Assembly (NCBI GenBank): GCA_022813865.1
Contig: JALDZX010000017.1
Location: 1 to 64,000, forward strand
Direction: 5' to 3'
DNA from: Xylographa opegraphella
Lineage: Eukaryota
Length of the DNA stretch: 64,000 nt
The notes under the pieces are model-generated. The model did not search any database. It worked only from the letters and a program-made list of their open reading frames with translations, and was not told the origin of the DNA. Position 1 is the stretch's first letter, and every line of letters begins with the position of its first letter. The translations under genes were made by a program, and so were the position numbers. This document shows, one piece after another, positions 12,489 to 27,620 of the stretch.

Positions 12489-13439
12489 CTGTAGGCGGGG
12501 ACGTCAGATGAGATCCCAGTAGGTGAGGTGAGAGAAAGAAGGGGGGCGGCGTCAACGCACATTTAGATATTGGGTAGTGGCGAAAGTTTCTTCGTGTATA
12601 GGGTGCTGTTTTCCCCCACGCTGGAGCCGAGAAGTCGTGCAGCAAAAGTGGTAGAACGTGGTCGATTAAGGTAATAAGGTTTGTCGGTGGAGCATTATAT
12701 AGCAGGCGGTCTCTGGAATCTCTCGGTGGTAGTGTTGTCTTAATAAGTCAAGGCTGTCGATCGGCTCTCGGCCGTTGGAATGGCTTCGCACCGCTGCCGT
12801 GGCAAGTGCTGGTCTGTGTGGGCAGGCTCCTTGACATCAACCAGCCATTGACTCGCAGCTTGCTGATCAGGCCGCGTGGAAGCGAGGATGGGGATATGGA
12901 AGTGGAAGGTCGTCGACATGGTGGTTCGCGGTGCGGTGCCGGAAGTGACAATCAGCAAAGAGTCTGGATGTGCCCTGAAGCTGATGGTCGCCGTTAGTGT
13001 ATTCTTCCTGTGTGTTAGGGCATGGCCGCTGCGGCATAGCTCGCTTCTGCTTTAGGGGGGAGTACCAAGGGGGAGCTAGGGGGCTCCAGGGGGGGCCTCC
13101 TCTTGCGTTAGGGGCTGGTCCCTGCTTCTTAGCTGCTTCTACGGAGTTGTCGCCGGCCACTGGAAGTATTGCGCGAGTGGCTTGACCTTCGTTCGATTCG
13201 AGTGATCGTGGCCGGTGAATAATAGTATAAGGTATCGACCTGGACTAAATAGGACCTAAGGTACCTTGGACTACTTTTACTACTTCCTATTCTGGTGCTC
13301 GCATCTCCAAATCCAGCTGCTTAACGAGCTCCAACTTCCAAGCCTCGGGTACAAAGCCACGGCGAACACTATATAACGTCTCTCCCTATTTGTTCCGGCT
13401 CACCTCACACGCCGTCCCGTCCTTTGGAGCACAGGTGCG

Positions 13440-13469
13440 GACCGCTGACCGCTGACCGCTGACCGCTGA
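13440..13469. repeat. 7-bp tandem repeat GACCGCT x4
   Basis: Read directly in intergenic sequence. Confidence 0.85.
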
Positions 13470-14736
13470 GCTTCGCGTGTCTCTGCTGCAACCGCTGAGT
13501 CAATGCGGAGCTCGGTTTGGTCAACTTTCGATGTGGGACCTGACAGCTTCCCTTCGAGGATCCCTCCTTGGTGAGGCACGTCGCACGAGTTGACGGTGAC
13601 GGTTCGACATGCATCCAGGCCTTTGGCCACCAGTATTGGCACAAGTCATCTATAGAAAGTGCTTGACGTTGGGCCCGAACCCAACGGCATCTAGGTGCTT
13701 CTCACCTCCTTCGCTGCCAGGGCACGCTTGGGAGAAGTCCTGCTCAGCATTGGATGCTGGGGCCATTCTCCATGAATCATCGACGCTGCCAAGGGGGGGT
13801 CATGGTTTGTCAGTCGTGATGGCTTGGTGTTCTGTGAAGCGGATAGGAAGCTCGGCGCAGCAAACCCGCCGAGCCAGAACGATGATCACCAACCAGCATA
13901 TAAAAACGGGTTCTACAGGAGCACCGAAGGCCGGTTAAGAACATTGTCCTTCTGCCGACATACATCCAGGCCGGGAATGCGGCATATTGAGGAGAGTGAT
14001 GATTTTCGCCACGAGTAGTGCATTTCGGTGTCCATAAAGTCGCGAAGATGCGGTCATCTCTGTATAGGGAAGGTGGCAAAAGTCCGTTTGCATTCTGATC
14101 CAACGATTGAGCTGGTCCGGATGCATGGAGACGACATCGCAATACCTGGTTACCAAATATGCTTTGATGATCATCCTTTATGATCCGACATGGATCCGAC
14201 GTGTTTGGGCCACCCCCTGGCTCCATCGTGGACACAGATGCTGGACGTCGAGTCGTCCAGAACTGTGCTCGAGAGTATTGCCAAGCTCGCACCCTTGACT
14301 GAGGACATTCACGATGCTTCTGGGAACTCAAGAGCGCTCGGAATCGGGCAAACCATTCAGCTACGATCCTGACGATTTGCGAAAAAGCTTTCTATGAATT
14401 CATTTTCGACTTGGAGACATTCCGAGGCGCACCAGTGGCCAGGGATGGTTTGTCTGTGTTTGGGGGCCATCATGACATCTCCTTCCATTGGTCGCACACC
14501 TTTCCGTCCTGTACATAGTGTACATACTTACGTAGTAGTTCAGCCAAATCCCCAGAGCTTCTGAATTCGCGCGCAGGTGGCGGCGCCAGAGCCGCTCATC
14601 CCCCACTAGTGAGCAGGAAATTGAATTGACGTCACACTTTTTCTCACGTCAGTCACGTGCTCAGCTTGACAATGGGACTAGCTTTTACTCCGTCATGCGC
14701 TGAAGTGACTGATCAAGTTCTGAAACAACTGCAAAA

Positions 14737-15886
14737 ATGTCCCAGGCTTCATATTCTCTAGCTGGTCGAGTGAAGGTGAATCATCTCCACTTCTCGCGCA
14801 TGCTCAATTTCCCGTGCATAAGGCGGAAGTAAGCGCTGACCTATGCAGCTCTCCAATGGCCTCAGCATGCCTCAAATTCACCTTGGAGTCTACCTGGCTA
14901 GCGGGAGAGAAACGTTACGAGCTGTTCAGTGGGCCCTAGAGGTAGCATTTCATATCCATCAGACATTTTACCACAATTGACTCAAACATCTACAAGGCCG
15001 GGTACCGAGCGTATGCCTCATATGAGTGATATCCTGATCGCAGACGGCTGATCTGCTCCTACCAGCATCGATTCTGCTCAGATGTATGACAATGAAAAGC
15101 AAACAGGCACCGCAATCAATGCGTTCCTTGCAAGTGACGCTAACACCGAAGGACTTACTCGGGCCGACATACATTTCACGACGAAGCTTGCCAGGAACTC
15201 TGATTATGACCGGGCACGGAAATCTATTACCATGTCCGCGAAGAAGAGCGGTTTGGGATATATTGATCTCTTTCTGCTGCACAGTCCTTACGGCGGTAAG
15301 GAGGCTAGGCTGGAGTCATGGAGAGCAGTCGAGGATGCCATTGAAGCCGGCGAAGTGAAGACAGGAGGCGTCAGCAACTACGGCGTGAAGCATGTGTGTA
15401 GGACAGCAAGTCGCCCGAAGCCCAAGTTGATATCGTGTGTAGTTGAAAGAGCTCATGGCATCAAAACCCCGCGTTTTGCCGGCCGTGAACCAAGTTGAGG
15501 TTCATCCATTCAATACACGGACGGAAATCACTTCGTTTTGTCAGGAGAACAACATCGTCGTCGAAGCATATGCACCGCTTGTGCGGGCGCTCCGGATGAA
15601 GCACCCAACCATTGTGTCACTGGCAGAAAAGTACTCGTGTACTCCAGCTCAGCTTCTTGTGCGGTGGAGTCTGCAACATGGATACGTGCCACTGCCGAAG
15701 AGCGTCAACAAGGAGCGAATCGTGGCGAATGCTGCAATCGGCGGGTTCGAGATTGGGCAAGAAGACATGAGCAAGATGGATGGACTGGACGAGTAGTATG
15801 TCGCTCTGATTGTTGTTCCGTGCTGGCTGCATCGACTGACACGATCAAGCTTGGTAACGGATTGGGATCCGGTTGACGCTGACTGA
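14737..15886 (+). CDS. Aldo-keto reductase, 6 exons including a 14-nt micro-exon (14997-15010)
   Basis: Motifs [62 protein letters not shown] and PLPKSV..ERI, ending DWDPVDAD*. Confidence 0.93.
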
Positions 15887-16750
15887 GGCGCTGGCGACGG
15901 CGGCAAATCGCGTCAATTCGAACAGATATATATCCATCCGCAATCGGCGCCATGGTCCGATGTCGGGCGCGGACCTTCTGCGCCGACCATGGTTTTTGGT
16001 ATCTGTAACGGGAGTGCACTCGCCATACATACCGGTCAACGGTTCCATAAGCATCCAGATTTTCATATTTGTGATCTCGGATCTCTGCTTTCCACGTTGA
16101 CTGCTGTTCCTCGATATCCGGATGCAGTCGACAGACCTTTACACCTCTCACGAGGCATTCTCTGTAAGATCTGAACCAAGCAAACGATCTCTCGCTTGCT
16201 TGATGTAAGATCGTTTAGCGGCAGCACTAATAGCGGGGCATGCGTGCGGCCGCTGCTACCCCTGCTCAGCCTTGTGTTATCGCGGTGGAGATCACGGGCC
16301 GAAGGTAAGAGCTTTATCAACACCGCCGTCATTGGCCAATGGGAGCTCGTCCCCGGACATACTCGATCTTCTCCGGCCGACTCCCAGCGCACTGGGGCGT
16401 GGTGGGAGTGGGATCGAGTGCCCGGCACAGGAGCGACAACAGCTACACTTCAGGCCGGACTGTTCCCGGCTTTCTTCATCACTACTCACCCCACCATTCC
16501 CTCAGCTACTTACGGAGAAAGGAGGTAAAGCTCCACTCATACACACCAAGCCACCAATACGCTCATCACCACACCTTGCTCCACCCCACGTCATCCCACC
16601 ACGCTTGACTTGGTGTTCAACTTCATTATTATTTTCACACGTTCCTCAATCACTCCCGGCTGTTTTGACCCTCGACGCGCAACTGGAACTTCGCTCGCAG
16701 CTTTTCTTTAACAGCGTGTATCTCTTTGCTCCGGTTTTCCAGCAGAAAAC

Positions 16751-18441
<1,691 letters not shown>

Positions 18442-18964
18442 GTGTGATGGGGCGGGGTGGTTGTGAAAGCGTGGCAGAGGGGGGCGGTTGGCTGTTGAGG
18501 GGAGAGGAGAGGGAGTGGTCATAGAGGTGGGGCTAGATGTGTGTAAATGGGTGCAGCGGTTTAGATTTGGGTGTGCTGATAGATGGACGCTGGGATGGCT
18601 TGGACAGGCTTGCGAGTAAGTGAGACCCTGGTTGGTATGTTCGCGGTCGTCCTCGAAGGGAGGGGCGTAGGGCAAGTATGATTAGTAGATAGGTAGACTA
18701 GTATGAGCAAACATGAATGTCGGTTAGCTCGTATCCCAGCTCTCTCGTGGCCAATACTAGGATCTACTGAGCATTATGGATCTTCTTGCCGCTCCTATTG
18801 GTTTTCCTCTTATAGATGCTACGTGCTTTGTGGAGAGGGTGGATGAATCTCCTAATGCCACCGGGCAAAACGCCGGCTCAACACCCCGTCTCGAGAACAA
18901 AAGCAGCTACCAACCATGTCCCATAACCCTCTCCACCCCCATCTCCCCCTCCCCTATCAACCCC

Positions 18965-21900
18965 CTAATTCCTCGGCCCCCACACCTCCCTCTCATCCAC
19001 CCAAACCTCCACCTCCTCCTCCACCTTCGCCACCCCGCCGCCCTTCCACACCCTCGCATTCCGCCGAAACGCCACCCCCTCGCCCTCCAACCTATTCAAA
19101 GCTTCGCGCATCTCATTCTGCAACTCCACCGCCGTCACCTGCTGCGCGTATGCGGTCGGCGCCAGCTCGCGGAGCTGATAGGCCAGCCACGCGCGGCCGG
19201 CTGCGCGATTGGCCAGGTCGAGCAGGGAGAAGGTGCCGAGGTGAAGGTAGGTGTAGGTGTCCGGGGTGGTGGAAGTGCGGAAGCGCTGGATGACGCGGTG
19301 GTAGACGCCGTAGACGAGGCGGGGGAGGCGGGCGGCGGAGGGGGGCAAGCGGACTTTGCGGGCGACGGCGCGGGTGACGCGGATGTGGGTGGAGGTAGAG
19401 GGGGTGAGATAGTGGCAGGTCTGCAGGCCAGAGGCGTCGGTGGCGATGGTGATGGCCGTTTCGAGGAAGCCAGAGGCGAGGAGGCGCTGTAGCCTCGTGG
19501 TGGCGACTTTGTTGGCTTCCGCTCGGGTGAGGAAGGTGCCGAGGGGTTCGTCGAGAGCGGTGTCAGAGTCGGAGTCGGAGCTCGGGCGCGTGGTGCGCGT
19601 GGTGCGCGTGGTGCGCGTGACAGTGTAGTGCCAGAGCATTTCGTGCTTGGTCGTGTCACTGTCGGATGGTGTGGAGACTTCGCGTGCTGCGGGCTCTGCT
19701 TTGGGGATCGTATCCTCGGGCTTACTATCGTCGTTTGCACTTGCTTGGGGTAAGATTGTCTTCCCTCCGATGCCTTTGCGAGCATAAGTAGGTCTTTGGC
19801 TATCAGGAGCCTTGGGAACAGGGTTGCTGGGCACTTTTTGAGTGGTTGCAGAGCTGGAATGTTTTAGCAGCCGACGTTGCTTTGCTTGTTCCTCGTCTTC
19901 GTCCTCATCGCTACTACTTGATGACTCGCAAATGTGAGAAAGTGGCGGACCCACATGGCCATTTGATAGCACTTCAACGTTGCTATGATCCTCTTCCAAT
20001 ACGTCAATATCTCGCAATTTTTGGGCGTCATATGCAGAAAGGTGATTCTTAATAGCGAGTATCCTCGCGTCATCCGACAGATGCATGTTGCGTCTCGATA
20101 GCGGAACGCTTCTATGAGATCTTGCGGCTCCCGAGGAAATTCCTTGTCCCTTGATCTTTCTTGACTTTGTGATAGGTGTGCCATTAAGCGAAGCGAAACC
20201 GTGAGCTTGTGGTTTGCCCTTCCGCTTATTCAGTCTAGACGACATTGATTGCAAGGCTATCGGTTCAGACTTGCTTTGATTACTACGCTGTTGTCCCTGC
20301 TGCACAGTGTCTTGCATTTTCTTCTGCTGTCATCTCATGTTAGCGAGCCGCTTCGCGTCCTTTCTCTCCCAGGTGGTCATTCTCACTCTTGGTCCTTTAT
20401 TGCTGATACATGGCTCCATAGCTTCTTGTTCAATGCTCTGATGCATCGGTTTGCTATTGTCCCGATGAACCGTTCCGGTCTTACTTCCGCTTGATCCCAA
20501 GGCATGAATCTCAAGCTTTTGTCTCTTATTAGAAGCATATTGCTGAATCGTATTTCCAGAAGAAATATTCTGGGTTCGGAGCTTCTTACACTCTAAATCT
20601 CGCATTCGCTCGATAAGAAGATTCTCAGAGTCCGTCATGGAAGCTTGACTTGCATCATTCTTACTATTGTCAGCTTCCACAATAGCCCACTGACCAATTA
20701 TTTTACATCGTTGTTGACTCTCTCGACCAGTTGTCTTTCCGACATCTGTTACTTCATTGGATTGGATTAGCTGGCGGTGCTCAGCAACGTCTCCATGGAT
20801 CGTGGTATCTGAAAGGCTATCACGAACTATCGAATTGCTGTCCCCACGGTGCTCACTGCCATTATGGTCGTTGCAATGATTGCCGATGATTATAGGCAAA
20901 GTCGTAGAATCCACCGTGTATTCGCCATCACGGGATGAAGCAACTACGTCGATGTCTTTGTGGCCAGTCGCTATCTCTGGTGGAGGATTCGAAATAAGGT
21001 CGGTTTCGTTTCCGCCATTCTTGCCCTCGGTCTGGGAAGTCGTCAATTCAACATTTAACAAAAACCCCAAGTTTTTCTCGGCAGCTTCAGAATCCAGCAT
21101 CGAATTTATGTTGTTGTTAATATGCTGAGTCTGAGGTTGATTGGAGCTAGCGGCTGCATAATCAGGGACTAAAGCACTCTCAGTCTCATTGAGAACGCCT
21201 GAGTTGACATGCTTCGGGAATTGACTCTTACAATCCCGCTCCAGTATCTGAGTTTCTATGGCCTTGGTCTGCTCTTTGCTTTTGGTTACCGTTGCATTTG
21301 ATGAACCAATGTTTGATGAAGATTCCGCGTGGCTCCGTATATTAGGTGTCTTTGTATTGGAATGGATTGCTGAAGCTGACGCTGCAGTGATGTGCAGCGA
21401 TGTATAAGGCCGATGGCCTACAGTGACAGGTACTTCCAAGACGTCCGTCGTAGCGTTTTTTTCAACATCTTTCTCGGACAGCTCAATGGCGTGGATTGAC
21501 TTGGAGCACTCCTGCCCGTAGCTGACGTTTTGAGAGGGATCCTGTCCCAATGATTGAACATGGCAATAGTTTGGTGGATTAGCTGTGAGCTTCTGCCTAC
21601 GCGAATTGCGATTGCGCTCCCTCTCTGCCATTTGCTTGCGGACTTGCTGAGCTGCAATTCGAAGTTTTCGCTTTGCATCATTCTGGCGATCAAGACCTGA
21701 CCGTTCAGTCTTGTTGTTCTCGGCAATCTTGCTGTTGTATATCTGTAGATCATTATGATGTGAAGGGTTGCCTCCGCTTTCATCCTGTGGGGTACGTTCC
21801 AGAAGTGCGGCATTTATGGGTTGTGAGACAGATACATTAGATGGATATTCTGGCACATTATCGATAACTATACTCCTTCCTCCGCTATTGCCAATTTCTG

Positions 21901-22936
21901 CGCATGTCGCTTGAGTCGGGATCGAGCCGCTGGCAATATTCCGTCCATGTTCCCCTCGACGCCCACAGTCGGCGGTCGCCCTGCTCTCAATAACTCTTTT
22001 GGCATCGGCAGCAGATGCTATGGCACGCTCAACTCTCGCGTCGCGTTGCATCTTTGTCGAGTTTTGTCGTCGAAGTTCCATCTGGTCACGAAGTACTTGC
22101 TCCTGTGAACTCCGCATGCTCGACTTCGTCGACGCTTCGAGTGTCCCGTTAAACTTCGATAGGGCTTGACTACCAACAGGCTGATCAGCGCAAGTGGAAA
22201 AAACAATCCTCGCTGAGTTTGGAGGTTTGAACAATACACGATCTTGATACAAGTGCTCTTTATGCTGGCTGCTGTTCTGGATAACTTTGGGATTCGAGGT
22301 GGGGATACCACATAAGTCTTTCCTTGATGTTGATGCCAACTTGGGTAGAGTTTGACTTCCTTCAATATTCGACACAGTCTCAGGAGAATCTAGCATTACG
22401 TACTCTTGTGTGAAGGAAGTGGAACCCTTAGTCGAATCATTAACAATGATATCACCTTCACACCGCATTTGCTGGGCAAGCGTTTCACTGAGGAATGCAT
22501 CGTTCAATTGACTCAGATCTCCAGGTGGCAAGGAGAGTCTGGGTTCGGCAGAGTTGGGATGCTTATTTGAGGGAATGCTTTCCACATCGTTGCCTTCTGG
22601 CTTGTTTGGAATAGACACAACTGCTGTGGCCTGGTGACCAATTGAGGCCTCAGGAAGCTTCCCCCCGACCTGCGGTTCTTTTGCGTTATCGGCAAGTACA
22701 AGATGGCTATCGAAATCATCAGTAACAGTTTGAGAGCTGTCTCTGTTTTGGGGAAGCTGAAGGATGCGCTCCAGATTTGCTGTTGAAATTGACCGTGTAA
22801 GTGATGGCTGGATAGCGTCGAGAATCTCAAGAGGAGATACACCAGGCGGTAACTGCCGCACTGGCTCAGGACAGACACGTTTTCTGGAGCCCCGAGCGAA
22901 GATAGCGATGATATCTTGGTGATTGTAGGCCGCCAT
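18965..22936 (-). CDS. Large (about 1300 aa) mostly low-complexity hypothetical protein with a globular-looking C-terminal domain, 2 exons
   Basis: The 868-aa and 450-aa ORFs are joined in frame by intron 20327-20386 (gtgaga...gctaac...cag). Confidence 0.8.
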
Positions 22937-23796
22937 CAGAGTTCGTGATCAAATAAAATAAAGCCAGTGACTGGAAAACCCGACCAACAGAAGTGGCTGG
23001 GAAGTGAAGTGAAGTTGGGCAGTCTATCGAGCAATCTATAGAGCTCTTCCAGGCAGAGCCGAACCGTGACACAAGATAAACAAATCCGTTGATAGTGAGG
23101 AGCGAAGTTGTCGCAGATCGAAAAGTTGTAACATCAAATCAAGCCCTACCAATTATGTGACAATGTGCAATTGAAACTAGATGGTGTGGATATCTGTCTA
23201 CGGCAATATTGAGGCAGTGTCCAAGAGCTTAACAAATCTCTCGAGGTTTGGTCCCTTCTGTGAACCCAAAGTGAACATGAGCAAGTTCGGTTGCATCCGG
23301 GGATGCGAGTTATTGGCAAAGACTCAAAAAGGGCGTGAAATATCTCATTCGTATTCGGCAAAGCAGGCGCGAGAACTTCATCAGTCCGACTTATTTTTGT
23401 CAGAGGTATTATTTGACAGTCTTATGCAACAGCGTTCTTGATGTTTTCACAACATAGTACTGTACCGACAATCGAGTAGTAGTTGAGCCACAATTGAATA
23501 AGAATAGACGAGTGCTCGTACAGATGTTTCAGGTGGGAAAAAGTAATTGTGGTTCGTCGGCTTTGCATGGCGAAGCCCACAATTTGTTCGATACCACTCT
23601 TGAGATATATCCAGGACGTGGGATATCTATAGCATTTAAGCATTTCTCAGAAGCGTGAGCAGAGCGAGGCATTGGTACCGTGTCTGCGCAGTACGTTATG
23701 CGCAACCCTAAAGAGTCTCATAGTGGGGCATTCCTGTTGCGAGCATCGAACCATACTAGAGTTGCGTAGACGAATGGCAGAATAATCTGGCGATAC

Positions 23797-25128
23797 CTAT
23801 CTCCTGGAATTCCTTACAGGCCACCTGATCTCAATAGGTAAGCTTCCAGCATGGGTGGAGCCCATAGGTAGATTCGAAGTCTCTCCTTCCTCAGTCTCCG
23901 ATACATTGTCCTATATCCAGTATGAGCACTGTAATTGAATATGGTATTTCTCGATACTTGCCTTTTCGTCACCAGTCGAGTTGTCGTCCCATAGATCGAT
24001 ATCTCCATCAAAGGAAAACAGTACGTCGTCTTGCCTGATATCCTCGAAGACTTCCGAGTCGTTATCAGGGGTCGATACAATTGGCTCGAGTAGTTCATGA
24101 TATGACCTGGTTAGTGATGACGAGGGGTTCATCTTTGCTTTAACAGTAGGGGCCAAAATTGAACCAGTGTCTCCGTTGCTTAGCATGATTCCGTCTACTT
24201 GTGCTGGGACATCAGTCGGCTTCATAGCAGACTTTGGCATATCTGTCAAGCCAGAAAATGGTATGGGAGGGTGCTGGACAGTAATATATATAGCGGGAGA
24301 TGTACTTGGGGAGAGAACAGTATTATCGATTGCAAAAAGGACGTGCTTTGGCGAGCGGAGAGTTTTTGGCTGGCGGAGGCTGCTCCGCAGACTGGTTATC
24401 GAGATATCTGATCTCGAGGAGGACCGGCGCTTTTCAAGTAGTCTAGGCCTGGGAGCGCTGTTTGAGAGCTTCGAGGAAACCGGAGGGGAGTGCAAGGGGT
24501 TGTAGGTCGTAGCTGGTAGCGTGGCTGAAGATGAAAGCGTCACTGAACGCTCCCTTCTCCTGGAGGCTAGATCGGCCAAACTATTGAGAGGCGGTGATTG
24601 TGAATTACCAGCATTGCTACCTGTCGACTGACGCGCGTTGTCCAGTAACGGCAAGTAAGTAGGTGTGAAAAGTCCTTGGAACTCAATCTCCCGCTCGTGA
24701 GACAATGTTTCAGGTGTTGGAGGTATTGTCCCATGTTGAACCAGATTTTCATCATTTTTTCTTGTCCGTTTAATCTCCGCCTCGTTTTCTGTCCTTAGCC
24801 GCTCCTGCATAGACCCAGCGGGGAACTTCTCGTCCGATCTCCTGCGGCTTCCCATCCCGCTACCTAGAGAACCTTTCTCCGGCTCGACCTGGAGTGGGTC
24901 GTGATTTTCACCCTCCGTGTACTTGGTCTCTGGTTCCTTGATACGGCCGCCCGTTGCCTGAATGCTAAGTTCAAAACGCCGGTACTCTTCGTCCTTTAGC
25001 GCCTTGAACTCTGCAATTTCCCGGTTCAGCGATTCTCTCTTTTCTTTCAGAACCACCCGGATGTGAGTGTCTTCTGGCCGAGCACTGTTCGGTGGGAGCA
25101 TAGAACTCATCACAGCTACAGGCTTCAT
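23797..25128 (-). CDS. Hypothetical Ser/Pro-rich protein, 2 exons (GC-AG intron 23911-23961)
   Basis: 405-aa ORF with a coiled-coil start, EREIEFQGLFTPTYLPLLD and SPKHVLFAID. The terminal exon DNVSE...AGSLPIEIRWP is reached through AAG|gcaagt...tag. Confidence 0.8.
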
Positions 25129-26288
25129 GGCCTTGACGTCGTGACTGCTCTCGGTATGTGGGAAGCGATGAAGGCTCTAAATGCGGCGGCTACGAAGTTT
25201 TAGTGGCTAGGATATAGGGACGACTCCTCATGACCAGAGTCTCCGAGGAGCGGGCTGATAAGATACCACGACGGCGATGATTTGCAGCAAAGCTCATGTT
25301 GAATCGCTGTGACTGCACCAAGCAAGCCACTGTAGTATAACCGGTGGTACCTGGTCCGGCAATAGTGGACATGACATGTGCGCCTTCCAAGCGAGCAGCC
25401 CCACGAACGACGGCGGGGTCAATCGCCGCTTTATCCTATTGTAGTAAAGCTTGGCAATCCTTAGCCTTACTCGAAAGGGAGGTGGTCCGAGCACTTGAGT
25501 CCATCGACCTCGCTTGGTCTGGAAATAATACATCCCCGATCTTCACTCGACTTATTGCTACTTTCGTGCTTGATGAGTGGACCGCGGACTACAGTTAGGA
25601 CTACCTGTATCGGATGACTATGGTATGGCTACACGGACAAGAAAGGCTTGACAATAATTCCGCATCTGGAATACTTGAAATCTACTCTATGACAAAGCCA
25701 CGAGTGGGAGTTAGTGGGTTAACCGACGTCCTGGGGCCTACATGTGGGTTCTACACATGTTATGTACTTCAAGGTGCCCTTAATATCAATTGTCCTTTTG
25801 TCTCAGTAGGTGAAATCCTCATTGTCCCGTATGGCTTAAAGTGTGGGGAGATGTTTAAAAACCGCGGCTACTATCTAGCTTTATCCATAAATATCCTCCT
25901 AAAGTGCTAATATGGAGCCCTATATATGTTTCCGTTTTTATTGCTATGAATATTCTGGGTATTATGGTCGTTGAAAATGAGTGACTTTTCTTAGCATGAA
26001 TCATGCAATATTTACATTTGTAATGCGGATCACTTTTCTTACATTCATGAATACTTCTAAATAACAGAAAGAATTGATTCTTGAGACGCTCCCTAATCCG
26101 TCATGGCCTTGTATTTGTCTCAAAGAGAATTGCGGCATTGTCGCGATTCATTGTCTCGATATTTTTTTGTCATTGATGAGCGCAGAGTATTCGAGGTTAA
26201 TATCGTTTCCAACATAAACTGTTCACTTCGTTGTTACTAATAACCGGATTGTTGGCCCCGCCGTTGTCTCCCAGTATCTTATGCCAGC

Positions 26289-27620
26289 ATGAGTCTTTTG
26301 AGGCGGATGTCCCAGCTTGGGACGGCACTCTCGGGGTCGCGGAGACGATCGAACATACCCCATGTCTCTAAAGCGCCTCAGGAGTCTAAGCATCGCAGGA
26401 CACCAAGTCCACCGCAAGTATCAAGACTTTCCACTCCAATCGCTGGCAGTGAAAAATCTCAGACAACAGCACTTTCCAAAGAGCAATCAACCATAATCGA
26501 TGAAACGGATATCATTCTTCACCTTCTCCGTATGGATGTCGCTATGCATTCTTACTTCTGCTTCCACAACAACCCAAACTACCAGTACCCAGGCTCTTGG
26601 GTCAGCAAAACCTTACAACAAGTCCTCACCCACGTCCCCATCCTCTGTCCAACAGATGTGTCTGCCTACCAAGATTGGATCGTGAGCTCAGCGATTGACT
26701 TCATCGAGCAACACGCCACCAATATTAAGCGGCTAACTCAAATTGTTAGGCGAGTTCACGCAGAGGACGATATCGACGAAATGAAGAATTACACAATTCC
26801 AATCTCGAGGTCCACGAATAGCGATGTAGCACAACTGACGAATTTAGTACGGAGTTTAGAGCCACGACCAGGAAAGCCGAAAAACCGAGCAGAACTGTTC
26901 GAACTGACTAACATGTGCATCAGCTCGCTTAAGCAGCAGCTCGTTGCCCTCGACGAGGAATGGGATTTCCACAAGAACCCCTGGGGCGGCGACGAACTAG
27001 GCTCCATCGACGACATTTGGGACTACGTCCACAGCTCCCACGGAAGGGCGACCTTCAATAACAAGGAATTAGCCAACGTAGTGGAACTCATCTATGGCGA
27101 CCATGCGATCATCGAGGAGCTACCGTTACAGCCAGAATCCGACGACCAGGAGGATCTGGACTCTGCCCCGGAGCCGGTAGAAAAAGACGGACATCTAAAC
27201 CCGCCACACAGAACACGCAGACGCCATTTGCACACGGAGCCATCATCCGATCCCGAGAGTTACACCGGCTCCCACACGGAGAAGCAACCCCGCCACAAGC
27301 ATCGATCCCGCCGCGTCGCCGAGCGCCTGTTGCAAAGAGAACAGGAGCAAGAAGAACACCTCGAAGGCCTCCGGCGGCACCGAGAGCGCAAGGAGAAAGA
27401 AGAAGCGGAGCAGTTGCACGCAAAGGGGCTTCAGCTCCAGGGCCAGGAGCTGGAACGCTACACCCTGCGCCAGCAGAGGCGTCTGCGGAGAGAGGAGTCC
27501 GCGCAGGAATACCTGGATCACCTGCGCCGCAACCGCATCCGGAGGGAGCGGAAGGAGCAGAGGCGGCTGGCGAGCGAGAAGTCGCCGCGAGAAGAATATC
27601 GCATGAGTGGTGGGTTATGA
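26289..27620 (+). CDS. Hypothetical protein (443 aa) with a charged Arg/Glu-rich C-terminus
   Basis: Long uninterrupted ATG-initiated ORF. No family recognised. Confidence 0.7.
   Translation: MSLLRRMSQLGTALSGSRRRSNIPHVSKAPQESKHRRTPSPPQVSRLSTPIAGSEKSQTTALSKEQSTIIDETDIILHLLRMDVAMHSYFCFHNNPNYQYPGSWVSKTLQQVLTHVPILCPTDVSAYQDWIVSSAIDFIEQHATNIKRLTQIVRRVHAEDDIDEMKNYTIPISRSTNSDVAQLTNLVRSLEPRPGKPKNRAELFELTNMCISSLKQQLVALDEEWDFHKNPWGGDELGSIDDIWDYVHSSHGRATFNNKELANVVELIYGDHAIIEELPLQPESDDQEDLDSAPEPVEKDGHLNPPHRTRRRHLHTEPSSDPESYTGSHTEKQPRHKHRSRRVAERLLQREQEQEEHLEGLRRHRERKEKEEAEQLHAKGLQLQGQELERYTLRQQRRLRREESAQEYLDHLRRNRIRRERKEQRRLASEKSPREEYRMSGGL

Noticed and set aside
11700..12645. Long antisense or alternative-frame ORFs here and over gdhA, 18776-19785, 41350-42273 and 57643-58284
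   Set aside because: These are shadows of GC3-rich real genes and carry no motifs.
18449..18520. G-quadruplex-like G-runs in the gdhA 3'UTR
   Set aside because: The loops are long and irregular, and the G-richness matches the general 3'-end skew reported as a finding.
20317..20340. Apparent frameshift or readthrough between the 868-aa and 450-aa ORFs
   Set aside because: Explained by a canonical 60-nt GT-AG intron (20327-20386).
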